NCBI GenBank assembly: GCA_964454015.1
Contig: CAYVQF010000008.1
Location: 99,258 to 163,257, forward strand
Length of the DNA stretch: 64,000 bases
Direction: 5' to 3'
Source: an uncultured Myxococcales bacterium
GTDB taxonomy: Bacteria; Myxococcota_A; Bradymonadia; UBA4248
In this document: positions 1-9,418 of the stretch, piece after piece
How positions within the stretch are numbered: the first letter of the stretch is position 1
Layout: each line of letters begins with the position of its first letter
Made by a program: the position numbers and the translations under genes
Notes under the pieces: model-generated
The model's database searches: none
Seen by the model: only the letters and a program-made list of their open reading frames with translations
What the model was told of the DNA's origin: nothing

Positions 1-373
1 TTGAGCCAGGGCTTGCTTTGACCTCTGCGGCGAGTTTACCGCGCAGGCCGATCTCGAGACGCAGGAGCTTGGGGTCTGGCGTTCTTCCTAGGTAGGTGAT
101 GACCAGCTCCGAGTTGTCGTTGTCGGGCAACTTCAGAGAGCGTTGGCTTTGCTGCGGGGCTTTCAACTCGTGCCGCCCGAGGAGGTGAAAGACCTGGTAG
201 CCTGGAAAGCCGGAGCGCAGCTCGTTCTGCAGGGATTCGATGTCAGGATCGACGAAAGGCTCTCCGGCGCTGGCGTGAATGGTTTGGATGTGAACGAGCA
301 CCTCGTTGGCTGCGGCCGTCGTGGCGAACGCAAGCAGTGAGCACAAGCAGATGAGGCTAATGGCGATTCGCAT
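1..373 (-). CDS. Secreted hypothetical protein, partial (3' end runs off the window start)
   Basis: Reverse strand ATG at 371-373 gives MRIAISLICLCSLLAFATTAAANEV..., a typical signal peptide. The frame stays open to position 1. It is not in the ORF track because it is truncated. It lies directly downstream of the anti-sigma-like gene on the same strand. Confidence 0.5.
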   Translation of the reverse strand, partial: MRIAISLICLCSLLAFATTAAANEVLVHIQTIHASAGEPFVDPDIESLQNELRSGFPGYQVFHLLGRHELKAPQQSQRSLKLPDNDNSELVITYLGRTPDPKLLRLEIGLRGKLAAEVKASPGS

Positions 374-383
374 GGTGCGGGTC

Positions 384-1181
384 TCAGATGGGGCCTTGGC
401 TGCGGTGACGCTGGAACCACTCGGCCTCTTTGATGATGTCAATGTTGTAGCGGCGCTGTGAATCGGTTGGCGTCTCCCAGTCATTCAGGAGGCTGCCGTT
501 GTTCTTCTCGAGTTTCTCGAGGCGCTGTAAAATGTTGTGAATGGCGATGCGGAGGGGCGCCGCATCGAGGGTGGGGCTGCTGGTCTCGGGACTCTGCGAG
601 CCGAGATACCAGATCACCGGGGTATTGGAGTGTGGGGTATAGGAGACTGAGCCGGAGGCTCCCCCTTCGAGATGCAGTGGTTCGACGATGACGATGGTGC
701 GCTCTTTTTCTACCAGGGTGGTTGGCGCCTGTGGGCTGAGGAGCATGGGCAACATGACCAAGGCTGCCATGGCCAGTAAGACTGTGGCAGGGATGAAGAT
801 CTTGCGGTGTGCAGCGAAGTAGGCCCCGAGGCTCTGCATCACACGGTCGAGCCAAGTGCCAGGGTCATTCGGTGTGGCTGTGGCGGCCTTGGCGGGGTGG
901 CTGGGAAGGGCAGCGGTCGCCGCGATAATTCTGGCGGTGAAGGCCGAGGAATCGAGAAGCTCTAGGGCCTGCTCGTTGTCGAAGCGCACCAAGTCGCCCA
1001 TCTCCTGGAGGGCGGCCAAGCGTGCCTGATCGTCTGTGCCGTGGACCAGGTGCGCGGCGAGCTCGTGCGCTTCGTCCTCAGGCAACTCGCCATCGTAGTA
1101 GGCCTGCAGGCGAAGAGGTTCGAGAGCTTGGGCCGAGCTGACGGGATCACGTGGCGCTGGGTGGGAGGGTTGCTTAGCCAT
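384..1181 (-). CDS. Membrane-anchored anti-sigma-factor-like protein (N-terminal anti-sigma domain without Cys, one TM helix)
   Basis: ORF 384-1247 with internal start MAKQPSHP. The N-terminal region LRLQAYYDGELPEDEAHELAAHLVH resembles the sigma-binding N-domain of RsdA/ChrR-like anti-sigma factors. One hydrophobic helix IFIPATVLLAMAALVMLPMLL is present. No adjacent ECF sigma gene is seen, so the functional call is weak. Confidence 0.45.
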   Translation of the reverse strand: MAKQPSHPAPRDPVSSAQALEPLRLQAYYDGELPEDEAHELAAHLVHGTDDQARLAALQEMGDLVRFDNEQALELLDSSAFTARIIAATAALPSHPAKAATATPNDPGTWLDRVMQSLGAYFAAHRKIFIPATVLLAMAALVMLPMLLSPQAPTTLVEKERTIVIVEPLHLEGGASGSVSYTPHSNTPVIWYLGSQSPETSSPTLDAAPLRIAIHNILQRLEKLEKNNGSLLNDWETPTDSQRRYNIDIIKEAEWFQRHRSQGPI

Positions 1182-1447
1182 GGGATGGGGTGTCTCTTTT
1201 GGCGGATGACGGCAGAGCAAAAGGTTCACACGGGAGGTGTGAACCACGTGGAGAAAACGCTACAGGCAGAGCGATTATTCAAAGGGATGTGTGGGGAGAA
1301 ACGCATGTTCGAGGCAAGGGGAGGGCGAACGTCAATTGGTGTTGGTCTGGTAAGCCTGGTGTCAGCTTGATATATTGGTGCAGCCGTTGCGCTCCTGCAA
1401 AGGGTTGTGTGTTGGTAATGGCGTTCATTCTGTAGACCGAGGGACTC

Positions 1448-2698
1448 ATGTTGGAGGATCGGCAGCTCTCGCGAATGTTTTTACGTAAGGGCATCGTGGA
1501 CGAAGCGACTTTGGAGCGCGCGCAAGCGCTGTGCACCTCGTCACGCCGATCGTTGTACGATGTGCTTCTGCAAGAGGGCTGGGTAGATGAAGAGCGCGCT
1601 ATCGTCGTGGTGAGCAAGCAGCTCAACCTTCCTTGTGTATCCCTGAAGGAATTCGAGGCGGACCCGCGCATTCTCGAACTGGTGCCGGGAGAGGCCGCCG
1701 AGCGTTTGTCTCTCATGCCCCTAGGGCTCACCAACGACGAGGGTGAGAAGAAGCTCTTTGTGGCCATGATGAATCCTCTTGATCTCAATGCCATAGAGGA
1801 GGTGGGCAAGTTATCGGGCTTTCCTGTCAAACCGTTGTTGGCGGGTCCGCTTGATATCGCCCAGGCGGTCAAGCGCACTTATTCGCAGAGTAGTCCCAAG
1901 GGCGAGGTCGATTTGAGCTTCGTCTTGGACGATTTCCTCGAGGACTCCGTGTCGAAGCTCATGGATGACTATTCTGCGCTTCCCCCATCGGAGACACCGT
2001 CACCCTCTCCGAGTAAAGCCGCAGCGGGGGCCTCGATGGATCTGAGCGATCTCTCGCCGAGCGCGCTGCTGCGAGGTGCGAAGCGCGCCTCGTCGGCGGG
2101 CAAGTCACACCCTGAGACGCGTCCCGTCATCGCGATCAAGGCCAAGGCGGGCGAGAGTGATGGCGGTGCCTTCTCCCTGGATTTTGGTGATTTGGACTTG
2201 AGCGTCAAGCGCGAGAATGGTGCTGACGTGTACAACCGCATGACCCTGCCGGCGGGGACGGAGTTGCCTCCGGCGCTCCAGGAGGAGGTGCCCAAAGCGG
2301 CAGATGGGGGTGGTTTTACCCGGGTGCCTACGGTGGTGCGAGAGGGGGGGGCACTCAAGGAGGCACGACAGGGGGGAGAAGAAAAGCAGGCCCTCTTTGA
2401 TCTGGGAGACGACTGGGGTGATCTCAATGAGGAGGAGAGTGCCGAGGTCTTTACCGGAGCCGCTGGCGCGACGAGTCAGCCCATCAGTGGACGGACGGAA
2501 AACTCTGGCATCCGTTACGTTGCCGATCCGAACCTACAGAGCCGTGCCCAGGGCGCAGACTACCTCGCCGATATCGGAACCTCTGACCTTCTGCGTGCCG
2601 TGGTCCGAGTGCTTGTTCGCAAGGGTGTCATGACTGAGGAACAGATCCGCGAAGAGGTGCGCCGTAGTCGGGGGATTGGCGGGCGTCGGGGGAGCTGA
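1448..2698 (+). CDS. Standalone MshEN (T2SSE_N, GspE N-terminal) domain protein with a long low-complexity linker; putative c-di-GMP-binding module
   Basis: The N-terminal ~140 aa carry both MshEN motifs (SRMFLRKGIVDEATLERAQAL and LVPGEAAERLSLMPLGLTNDEGEKKLFVAMMNPLD). The remainder is an Ala/Ser/Pro/Asp/Glu-rich low-complexity region and a short conserved C-terminal tail. ATG at 1448. Confidence 0.8.
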   Translation: MLEDRQLSRMFLRKGIVDEATLERAQALCTSSRRSLYDVLLQEGWVDEERAIVVVSKQLNLPCVSLKEFEADPRILELVPGEAAERLSLMPLGLTNDEGEKKLFVAMMNPLDLNAIEEVGKLSGFPVKPLLAGPLDIAQAVKRTYSQSSPKGEVDLSFVLDDFLEDSVSKLMDDYSALPPSETPSPSPSKAAAGASMDLSDLSPSALLRGAKRASSAGKSHPETRPVIAIKAKAGESDGGAFSLDFGDLDLSVKRENGADVYNRMTLPAGTELPPALQEEVPKAADGGGFTRVPTVVREGGALKEARQGGEEKQALFDLGDDWGDLNEEESAEVFTGAAGATSQPISGRTENSGIRYVADPNLQSRAQGADYLADIGTSDLLRAVVRVLVRKGVMTEEQIREEVRRSRGIGGRRGS

Positions 2699-2851
2699 CG
2701 CGAGGGCATTCCCCCGCGTCGGATCAGGGGAGAGAAGGTGCGCTTTGGCCTAGGCTTGCGTTGACCACCTGGCCCGGGGTTGGTAAATTGCCGAAGCGCA
2801 TGTCAGTGCGAAATGTGCGCGACTTCTCAGCAGCAACGGGGTGAAAAAGCG

Positions 2852-4567
2852 ATGTCGAATGGTGATGCGCGTCTGGGTGAATTACTTCTGCGTAGTCAGC
2901 TCATAACGCAGGGCCAGTTGGAGCATGCCAAGGGGCAACAACGCAAAGCAGGTGGGCGCCTGGCCGGCCATTTGGCAACCCTTGGCTACATCAAGGAGTC
3001 TGAGCTCACCAACTTTTTGAGTCGTCAGTTTGGAGTCCCCTCGGTTCAGTTGGCCGACATGGGGGAGATCAGCCAGGAGATTTTGAACCTGGTCCCCAAA
3101 GAAGTCGCAGAGCGACACCTGTGCCTCCCCATTAACCGCGCAGGCCAGTCGTTGATCGTGGCGATGGTCGACCCGATGAACATCTTCGCCATTGACGATT
3201 TGAAGTTTTTGACGGGCTACAACATCGAGGTCGTGGTTGCTGGGGAACAGGCGATCCGCGCGGCCATCGAAAAGTACTATCAGGAAGAAGAGTCGGGGAT
3301 CGATTACGACGAGTTTTTCGATGGCTTCGATGCCGATGACATCTCCTTTGGCGAAGATGCAGACTCCGTTGACATCATGGATCTGCAGAGCGCGGCTGAG
3401 GAGGCGCCGGTCGTTCGCTTGGTGAATGCCATTTTGCTCGATGCGATTCGTCGTCAGGCGAGTGACATTCACGTAGAGCCCTATGAGCGGATCATGCGCG
3501 TGCGTTACCGCATTGATGGGGTTCTGCACGAGGTGATGACACCGCCAGCGAAGCTGCGCAACGCCTTGACCAGTCGCCTAAAGATTATGTCGAACTTGGA
3601 CATTGCCGAGCGACGTCTGCCCCAGGACGGGCGGATCAAGCTGCGTATCGGTAAAGGCAAGGAGATGGATTTTCGCGTCTCTGTCTTGCCGACCCTCTTT
3701 GGTGAGAAAGTCGTTTTGCGTCTGCTCGACAAGAGCAACCTCCAGCTCGACATGACCAAGCTGGGCTTCGAGGCCGAGCCTCTGGCGCACTTCAAAGAGC
3801 AGATTCATCGCCCTTATGGGATGGTTCTGGTTACGGGCCCAACGGGTAGCGGTAAAACCACGACGCTCTACTCGGCGCTGAGCGAGTTGAACAAGACCAG
3901 TGAAAACATCTCTACCTGTGAAGACCCGGTTGAGTTCAACTTGATGGGGATCAATCAGGTACAGATTCACGATGGTATCGGGCTCAACTTTGCCGCGGCG
4001 CTGCGCTCCTTTTTGCGCCAAGATCCTGACATCATCATGGTCGGCGAGATTCGCGACTTCGAGACGGCTGAGATTGCAGTCAAGGCGGCACTCACGGGCC
4101 ATATGGTGCTTTCGACTCTGCACACCAATGATGCGCCGAGCACGATCTCGCGCCTGCTCAACATGGGTATCGAGCCTTTCTTGGTGACGGCATCGGTCAA
4201 TCTGGTGTTGGCTCAGCGCCTCGCGCGCCGGCTCTGCGCTGAATGCAGGCGCCCGGCCAAGCTGGATATGGAAGCGTTGCGCAAGTTGCAGGTGAGCGAG
4301 GAGTTGATCGGGACAGGGACCGTCTTTGAACCTGCTGGCTGCGCCTCATGCTCCAATACGGGCTACCGCGGGCGATTGGCCCTGTATGAAGTCATGGTTC
4401 TGAACGATGACTTGCGCCAGTACATCCTCCAAGGCTACTCCACGGCCGAGTTGAAGGCAGAGGCCATTCGACTTGGCATGAAGACCCTGCGTCAAGCGGG
4501 TATTTCCAAGATGTTGGAGGGGGTGACGTCCTTGGCAGAGATCATGCGCGTGACGGCACCCGACTAG
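2852..4567 (+). CDS. pilB: Type IV pilus assembly ATPase PilB (GspE family)
   Basis: N-terminal MshEN domain (ARLGELLLRSQLITQGQLEHA; LVPKEVAERHLCLPINRAGQSLIVAMVDPMN). Walker A GPTGSGKTTTLYSAL, Asp box, His box and the tetracysteine motif CAECRRP...CASCSNTGYRGR are present. Start chosen at MSNGD, an internal ATG of ORF 2780-4567. Confidence 0.9.
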   Translation: MSNGDARLGELLLRSQLITQGQLEHAKGQQRKAGGRLAGHLATLGYIKESELTNFLSRQFGVPSVQLADMGEISQEILNLVPKEVAERHLCLPINRAGQSLIVAMVDPMNIFAIDDLKFLTGYNIEVVVAGEQAIRAAIEKYYQEEESGIDYDEFFDGFDADDISFGEDADSVDIMDLQSAAEEAPVVRLVNAILLDAIRRQASDIHVEPYERIMRVRYRIDGVLHEVMTPPAKLRNALTSRLKIMSNLDIAERRLPQDGRIKLRIGKGKEMDFRVSVLPTLFGEKVVLRLLDKSNLQLDMTKLGFEAEPLAHFKEQIHRPYGMVLVTGPTGSGKTTTLYSALSELNKTSENISTCEDPVEFNLMGINQVQIHDGIGLNFAAALRSFLRQDPDIIMVGEIRDFETAEIAVKAALTGHMVLSTLHTNDAPSTISRLLNMGIEPFLVTASVNLVLAQRLARRLCAECRRPAKLDMEALRKLQVSEELIGTGTVFEPAGCASCSNTGYRGRLALYEVMVLNDDLRQYILQGYSTAELKAEAIRLGMKTLRQAGISKMLEGVTSLAEIMRVTAPD

Positions 4568-7500
4568 TGGTCGTTTAGCTTCGAAAGCCTTATAAAATTT
4601 AGCTCGGCGCTGTTTTTGTTGGCCGTGTCGGCCAAGATGGCGAAGGCAGCGGCGGCGTAGCGATAGAGCTTGGCCGCCACTTCGAAGGCGCCGTTGTTTT
4701 CGGCACAGGATGCCGCCTGCGCGAAGGCGCTCGCCATGTCGCGATCGGCTGGAAGGACTTCTAGTTGGAGGTTGCGGATGCGCTGGAGGATGTGGTCGAC
4801 TTCCTTGAACGCGAGCTTCTCTGCAAAGACCCGGGTGAGGATGCCGCAGACCACAGCCAGATAGGAGCGGGCGCCGAGTTGTTGGAAGAGCTCGGCGGCG
4901 CGGTGGAGCGAATGGCTCGCGTCGTCGAGATGGCCGCGTCCCAGTTGCACCAGTCCCATATTGGTGTAGAGGGCAGCCATGTCCTCGTCGGCATCTTGGT
5001 TTTCAATGAGGTCGATGGCCTGTGCATAGTAGTTTTCAGCCGCTTCGGTTTGCAATTTGGCGCGAGCCACTTCGCCGAGCCCATTGAGGATGGCCACCAG
5101 GCGCCGGCGATCCCCGAGCAGATTCAACGTTGCTTTGGCGGCTTCAAAGCGCACCTCGGCGTGGGTAAGCTGGCCAGAGAGAATCTCAGCCTTACCGAGC
5201 GTGACCAGGGTGTCTCCGAGTCCGTAGGGGTTGGACGCTTTCTGGAAGCGTGCCAAGGCTTCGTTGAGGTAGGTGGCCCCGAGTTGATGATTTCCCGCGA
5301 GTCCTTGCACGATACCAGAACTCAAACAGACCTCAGCCATGAGGTTCTGGTCGCCGCTTTCGCGGGCGAGGCCTTCGGCTTCTTCAATGGCGGTGACAGC
5401 GCTCTGGACCTGCCCGAGGCGCGCAGACATGAGGGCGAATCCCTTGAGGGCCTTGGCGCGAAGGTGGTCATAGCCTGGGGCTGGGCACATGGTGAGGGCC
5501 AGGCGGTATTGTTCCACCGCTAAAGTTACCAGACCTCTCCTGGCGTGGAGTTCAGCGCGTAAGAGGGGGACCCAGAGCTGATGTTTGTGACGCGACGCGG
5601 GAAACTCGTCGAGCGTCAAGATGTGTTCTTCCGCCTCATCGAGGCGGTTCAGTAGCAGCGACGCCTCGATGTAGACCCTGCGGGCGTCGAAGATCTCCCC
5701 GTCCTCAGGAACGCAGCTCTTCTCTTCGCTGCCGTCGTGGAGCTCGAAGGCCCGTAGAAGACGTTGCCGCGCCAGGCGAGGTTGGTTGGTGTCGAGGCAG
5801 TAGCGGGCACTCAGCACGAGATGTCGCCAGGCGTCGGTGTGTTCACGGGCTTCGAGGAGATGGGTGCTCACCTCTAAGTGCAACAGGGAAGGTTCTTTGT
5901 TGCTGGCCGAGAGCTTGGCGTTGGCGCACGCGATTTGGCGCTTGCCGTAATCGCCAGCAGAACGCGCCCATTCGCGGAGCTGATCGCCGATCACCCGATT
6001 GCCAAAGCGAAGGCTCTCATCGGCGGCGTCTTCGATGCAGAGGCCATCGACCAGGGCGGCTTCCCAGACGAGGTCGATTTGGCTGGTGACGATGGCGTCG
6101 AGCCGCGCGAGTTTGGCGAGCAAATCAAAGCGGATGGGTTCATTGATGATGGCGGCCCATTCGAGGACGCGACGCACTGTGGTGACTTCGATCTCGGGGT
6201 GACTGGTGAAGCTATCGAGGAAGCTGCCCAGGCGCCGATCGACCACCTCGTTGATGCGGGTGGGGGGAGAGGAGAGGGCCGTGCGGCGGTAGTAGTTTTC
6301 TTGGGGGACGAAGTGCATCTCGTTGGCGGCCAGCCATTGAGTCAGAAGCTGAATGGCGAAGAGGGGATGACCATTGGCGTGCTCGACCAAGAGCGCGCAA
6401 GTCTCGGGGTGGAGGGGTACGAGGGCGTTGCAGAGCTTGGCGACATGCTCCTTATCCAAGGGGGCGAGGCTGATGCGAGAGACTTCGGCATATTGCGTCA
6501 GGCTTTCGAGCTGATGCCGGAAGGCGGTGTGGAGTAGCTGTTCCGAGCGAAGCGTCGCGATAATGAGTGCCGAGCTAGGTACGATGCGGTTTCTAGCGAT
6601 GAGGTGGTGGAGCAGCTCAATACACTCGTCGGGGGCGTTGTGAATATCGTCGAGGTGGAGCAAGACCGTGCGCGAAGCAGAGTGGTGGCGGAGCACGGCG
6701 TCTGTGAGCAGATGACCCGCCTGGACATGCGTCGCAGGCGGGACGGGGCTGTCTTGTGCGTCAGTCAGCAAGTCGGGCTGAAGGTAGCGAACGAAAGCCG
6801 GCAGGAGCCATGGGTCCGAGAGATCCGCATGGAAAAGCTGGTGCCGGATGCTTTTTCGCAACGAGGCTTCATCGTTCCCCTGACAACCGATGATGCGTTG
6901 CAAAGCGTTGCGCAGGCTCGTGCCGCCGCTGGTCGCGTCAAATGTGATGGTCAAAGCGTGGACGACGCCCAGCTCCGACGCCCGTTCGCGCAGCCACCTC
7001 GCGAAGCGGGTCTTGCCAATGCCGGCTTCACCGTCGACGAGGACGATACGCAATGAGGAAAACTCATGCGCTTCTACGAGCTTAGCGCTTGCAGCGTAAC
7101 GCTCGGGGGCGCGCCCGCAGAAGGGGGCTTCGCGGAAGCGCAGCAAACCCAGGCCAAGAGATTGAGGTGCGGTGGTGGGAGTGGGGCTAAAGCGGCGCGC
7201 CGATCGATAGCCGAGATTGGAGGCGCTGGACGAAGGTGTGTGCACCGTGAGCAGATCGGGCGAAAGCGAGTCCAGGACGGGGACGACTGGTGGGACGAAG
7301 TCCCGGCCCGACTGTATGGCTTTCAAGGTTCGTTTCACGTCGGCGGCGCTGTGTGGCCGAGCGGCGGGCTCTTTGGCCAAAAGCTGCTTGATCAGATCGG
7401 CGAGACCTTTGGGTAGGGTCTTGTCGCTGGTGATCTCCGGGATTGGCGCCAATAAGTGCAGTTTTAGTAATTCCTGCGGGGTCTTGGCCAAGAACGGGCG

Positions 7501-8358
7501 TCGGCCACAGACCAACTCGTAGAGCATGACACCGCAGGCGTAGAGGTCTGCAGCCGGGCCGATTTCCCCGCGCCGCGTTCGGATTTGCTCTGGGGCGAGG
7601 TAGGCCGGGGTTCCGACACACTGGTTGTGGTGAGTGACCCGAGTCCCCGTGCCGGCAGGCATAAAAAAGTCGGCGACAGTCGGTACATCGTCGGAGCTAA
7701 AGAGTACACCCCGGTTTTTCTCAGCGAAATCAGTCGGCTCGCTGCCGACCTCGAGGGTCGTCATGTCGTCGATGGCATGATTGGGAAAGGCATGGGTGGC
7801 AGAGAGGTCGAGCTCGAGCTGGGCGACGATGGCTTCGTCGTGGACGTCGTCATCGGTCATGCGGGCGATGCCAAAGTCCAAAATCCGGGGAAGAAGCTGC
7901 GAACTTTGCTGTGGCTCGAGGAGAACGTTTTCCGGTTTGAGATCGCGATGGATGATGCCGCGGGCGTGGGCGTAGGCCAGCGCCGAGAGGATGAAGTCGA
8001 AGAGCGCCAGGGCTTCATCGAGCTTGGGGCGGGTATTGAGATAATTTCTGAGGCTGGGACCGAGCACATGGGGCATGACGAAGTAGGGGCGACGCAGGCC
8101 TTGCTCGTCGATGTGTACCCCGTAGTCGAGGACGGGGACGATGCAAGGGTGGTTGAGCCTCGCCATGGCCCGGACCTCACGGGTGAAGCGGCGCAGGGCG
8201 CGGATGCGACGGGCACGGTCGGGCCGGATGAGCTTCAGGGCGACGGGTTGTTGGCTCTTGGGGTCTGTGGTGAGGAAAACTTCACCCATGCCACCGCTGC
8301 CGATCATGGAGTGGCAGGTGTATCCCGGACCAATGGGTGCAAGGGGGAGGGTGCTCAT
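4564..8358 (-). CDS. Ser/Thr protein kinase fused to a STAND/AAA NTPase domain and C-terminal TPR repeats
   Basis: Hanks kinase motifs are present: [31 protein letters not shown], and GTPAYLAPE after a ~90-aa activation-segment insertion. A P-loop [17 protein letters not shown] follows, then a long TPR/SEL1-like C-terminus. Start at MSTLPL, codon 8356-8358. The track ORF extends to 8466. The 3' end overlaps the pilB stop convergently. Confidence 0.85.
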   Translation of the reverse strand: MSTLPLAPIGPGYTCHSMIGSGGMGEVFLTTDPKSQQPVALKLIRPDRARRIRALRRFTREVRAMARLNHPCIVPVLDYGVHIDEQGLRRPYFVMPHVLGPSLRNYLNTRPKLDEALALFDFILSALAYAHARGIIHRDLKPENVLLEPQQSSQLLPRILDFGIARMTDDDVHDEAIVAQLELDLSATHAFPNHAIDDMTTLEVGSEPTDFAEKNRGVLFSSDDVPTVADFFMPAGTGTRVTHHNQCVGTPAYLAPEQIRTRRGEIGPAADLYACGVMLYELVCGRRPFLAKTPQELLKLHLLAPIPEITSDKTLPKGLADLIKQLLAKEPAARPHSAADVKRTLKAIQSGRDFVPPVVPVLDSLSPDLLTVHTPSSSASNLGYRSARRFSPTPTTAPQSLGLGLLRFREAPFCGRAPERYAASAKLVEAHEFSSLRIVLVDGEAGIGKTRFARWLRERASELGVVHALTITFDATSGGTSLRNALQRIIGCQGNDEASLRKSIRHQLFHADLSDPWLLPAFVRYLQPDLLTDAQDSPVPPATHVQAGHLLTDAVLRHHSASRTVLLHLDDIHNAPDECIELLHHLIARNRIVPSSALIIATLRSEQLLHTAFRHQLESLTQYAEVSRISLAPLDKEHVAKLCNALVPLHPETCALLVEHANGHPLFAIQLLTQWLAANEMHFVPQENYYRRTALSSPPTRINEVVDRRLGSFLDSFTSHPEIEVTTVRRVLEWAAIINEPIRFDLLAKLARLDAIVTSQIDLVWEAALVDGLCIEDAADESLRFGNRVIGDQLREWARSAGDYGKRQIACANAKLSASNKEPSLLHLEVSTHLLEAREHTDAWRHLVLSARYCLDTNQPRLARQRLLRAFELHDGSEEKSCVPEDGEIFDARRVYIEASLLLNRLDEAEEHILTLDEFPASRHKHQLWVPLLRAELHARRGLVTLAVEQYRLALTMCPAPGYDHLRAKALKGFALMSARLGQVQSAVTAIEEAEGLARESGDQNLMAEVCLSSGIVQGLAGNHQLGATYLNEALARFQKASNPYGLGDTLVTLGKAEILSGQLTHAEVRFEAAKATLNLLGDRRRLVAILNGLGEVARAKLQTEAAENYYAQAIDLIENQDADEDMAALYTNMGLVQLGRGHLDDASHSLHRAAELFQQLGARSYLAVVCGILTRVFAEKLAFKEVDHILQRIRNLQLEVLPADRDMASAFAQAASCAENNGAFEVAAKLYRYAAAAFAILADTANKNSAELNFIRLSKLNDH

Positions 8359-8365
8359 GTCGCCT

Positions 8366-8875
8366 TCAGTCGCATAGCGGCAGTTGATTGAGGGCGCATT
8401 GCCAAGCTTCCAAGACCTCTGGGTCGTTGGCGGGGCCCTCCCCAAAGATGAAGCGGACGAACTCACAGCGCGGATTGCCGACCTCAGCGCAGGCAGCGGC
8501 GGGGGGAAGCGCGAGGATCATACCGTAGCGATCTTGATAGTGGATGATGAGCAAGCTGCCGGCGCGCGAAGCGCAGTAGCCTGTAGCGTCGCTGAGGACG
8601 ACGGCCTGGGGGATGCTGAGAAAGCGCTGCCACCAGACTTCAATCAGCGTGTCGATGGAGAGGGAGCCCTTTGCTTTGTCTTCTCGCCATAGGCGGCACT
8701 TCGTAGCGGGGTGCCAGAACGCATCGGGGCCGCTTGGCTCCCAGCCAGCACATGGTGCACTTTGTGAAGCGTGCACGTCGGGGGGGGGCTGCCCCTGGAC
8801 CGGCATACCAAGCCATGTTGATGTGCTGGCCGTTATCAGGGCGATGCAGATGCGGGCGATCTTGGTAGAGAGCAT
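8366..8875 (-). CDS. Hypothetical secreted Cys-rich protein
   Basis: Internal start MLSTKIARICIALITASTSTWLG is signal-peptide-like. There are 8 Cys residues. Its stop lies 8 nt from the kinase start on the same strand. No recognisable domain. Confidence 0.4.
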   Translation of the reverse strand: MLSTKIARICIALITASTSTWLGMPVQGQPPPDVHASQSAPCAGWEPSGPDAFWHPATKCRLWREDKAKGSLSIDTLIEVWWQRFLSIPQAVVLSDATGYCASRAGSLLIIHYQDRYGMILALPPAAACAEVGNPRCEFVRFIFGEGPANDPEVLEAWQCALNQLPLCD

Positions 8876-9418
8876 GGGGTATTCACGTGCGTTGGTGCCC
8901 ATCCACGAAAGGATGGGAAGCAGTGTAGCCTCAAGACAGCTAGAGTCTAGCTTGCTGCGGCGTGTTGCGAGGTCGGTGGGGGTGCGATTGGGAGTGGATT
9001 TCGTTTCGCCGGTAATCCTGTTGACACTCGTGCGGTAAAGGTGTGACATTGAGCCTCGTGGAGCTGTGCTTCGTGGGAGTTGCCATGTCTATGCATGGTG
9101 CGCTTCTCCAATGCCCACTGCGGCAAGGTGATAACGATGCACCTCTACGTCAGACGCGCGCGCCGAGGGCGCGGGTGTATTCACGCGAAAAGTTGACTGT
9201 GCGACGAGGATGTCGAGCCCCCGGGCGACTCGGGACGACGCTGAGCAGCGAGTGAGGTAATCTGATGCTCCTTTTGTGGATGTTGGTGCTGAGCAGCCTC
9301 ATGGTAGTCGTTGGCCGGTGGCAAGGTTCTAAGTGCTGCAATGTAGTGTTGCAGGCGCGACCTTTTGCTCCATCTGATTGGACGCACAGACGCCTATACC
9401 AAACGAGGCAGGACCACC

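Noticed and set aside
4765-8391. Several plus-strand ORFs of 250-270 aa (4765-5523, 5878-6537, 7585-8391)
   Set aside because: All are antisense to the kinase-STAND-TPR gene and are high-GC artefacts.
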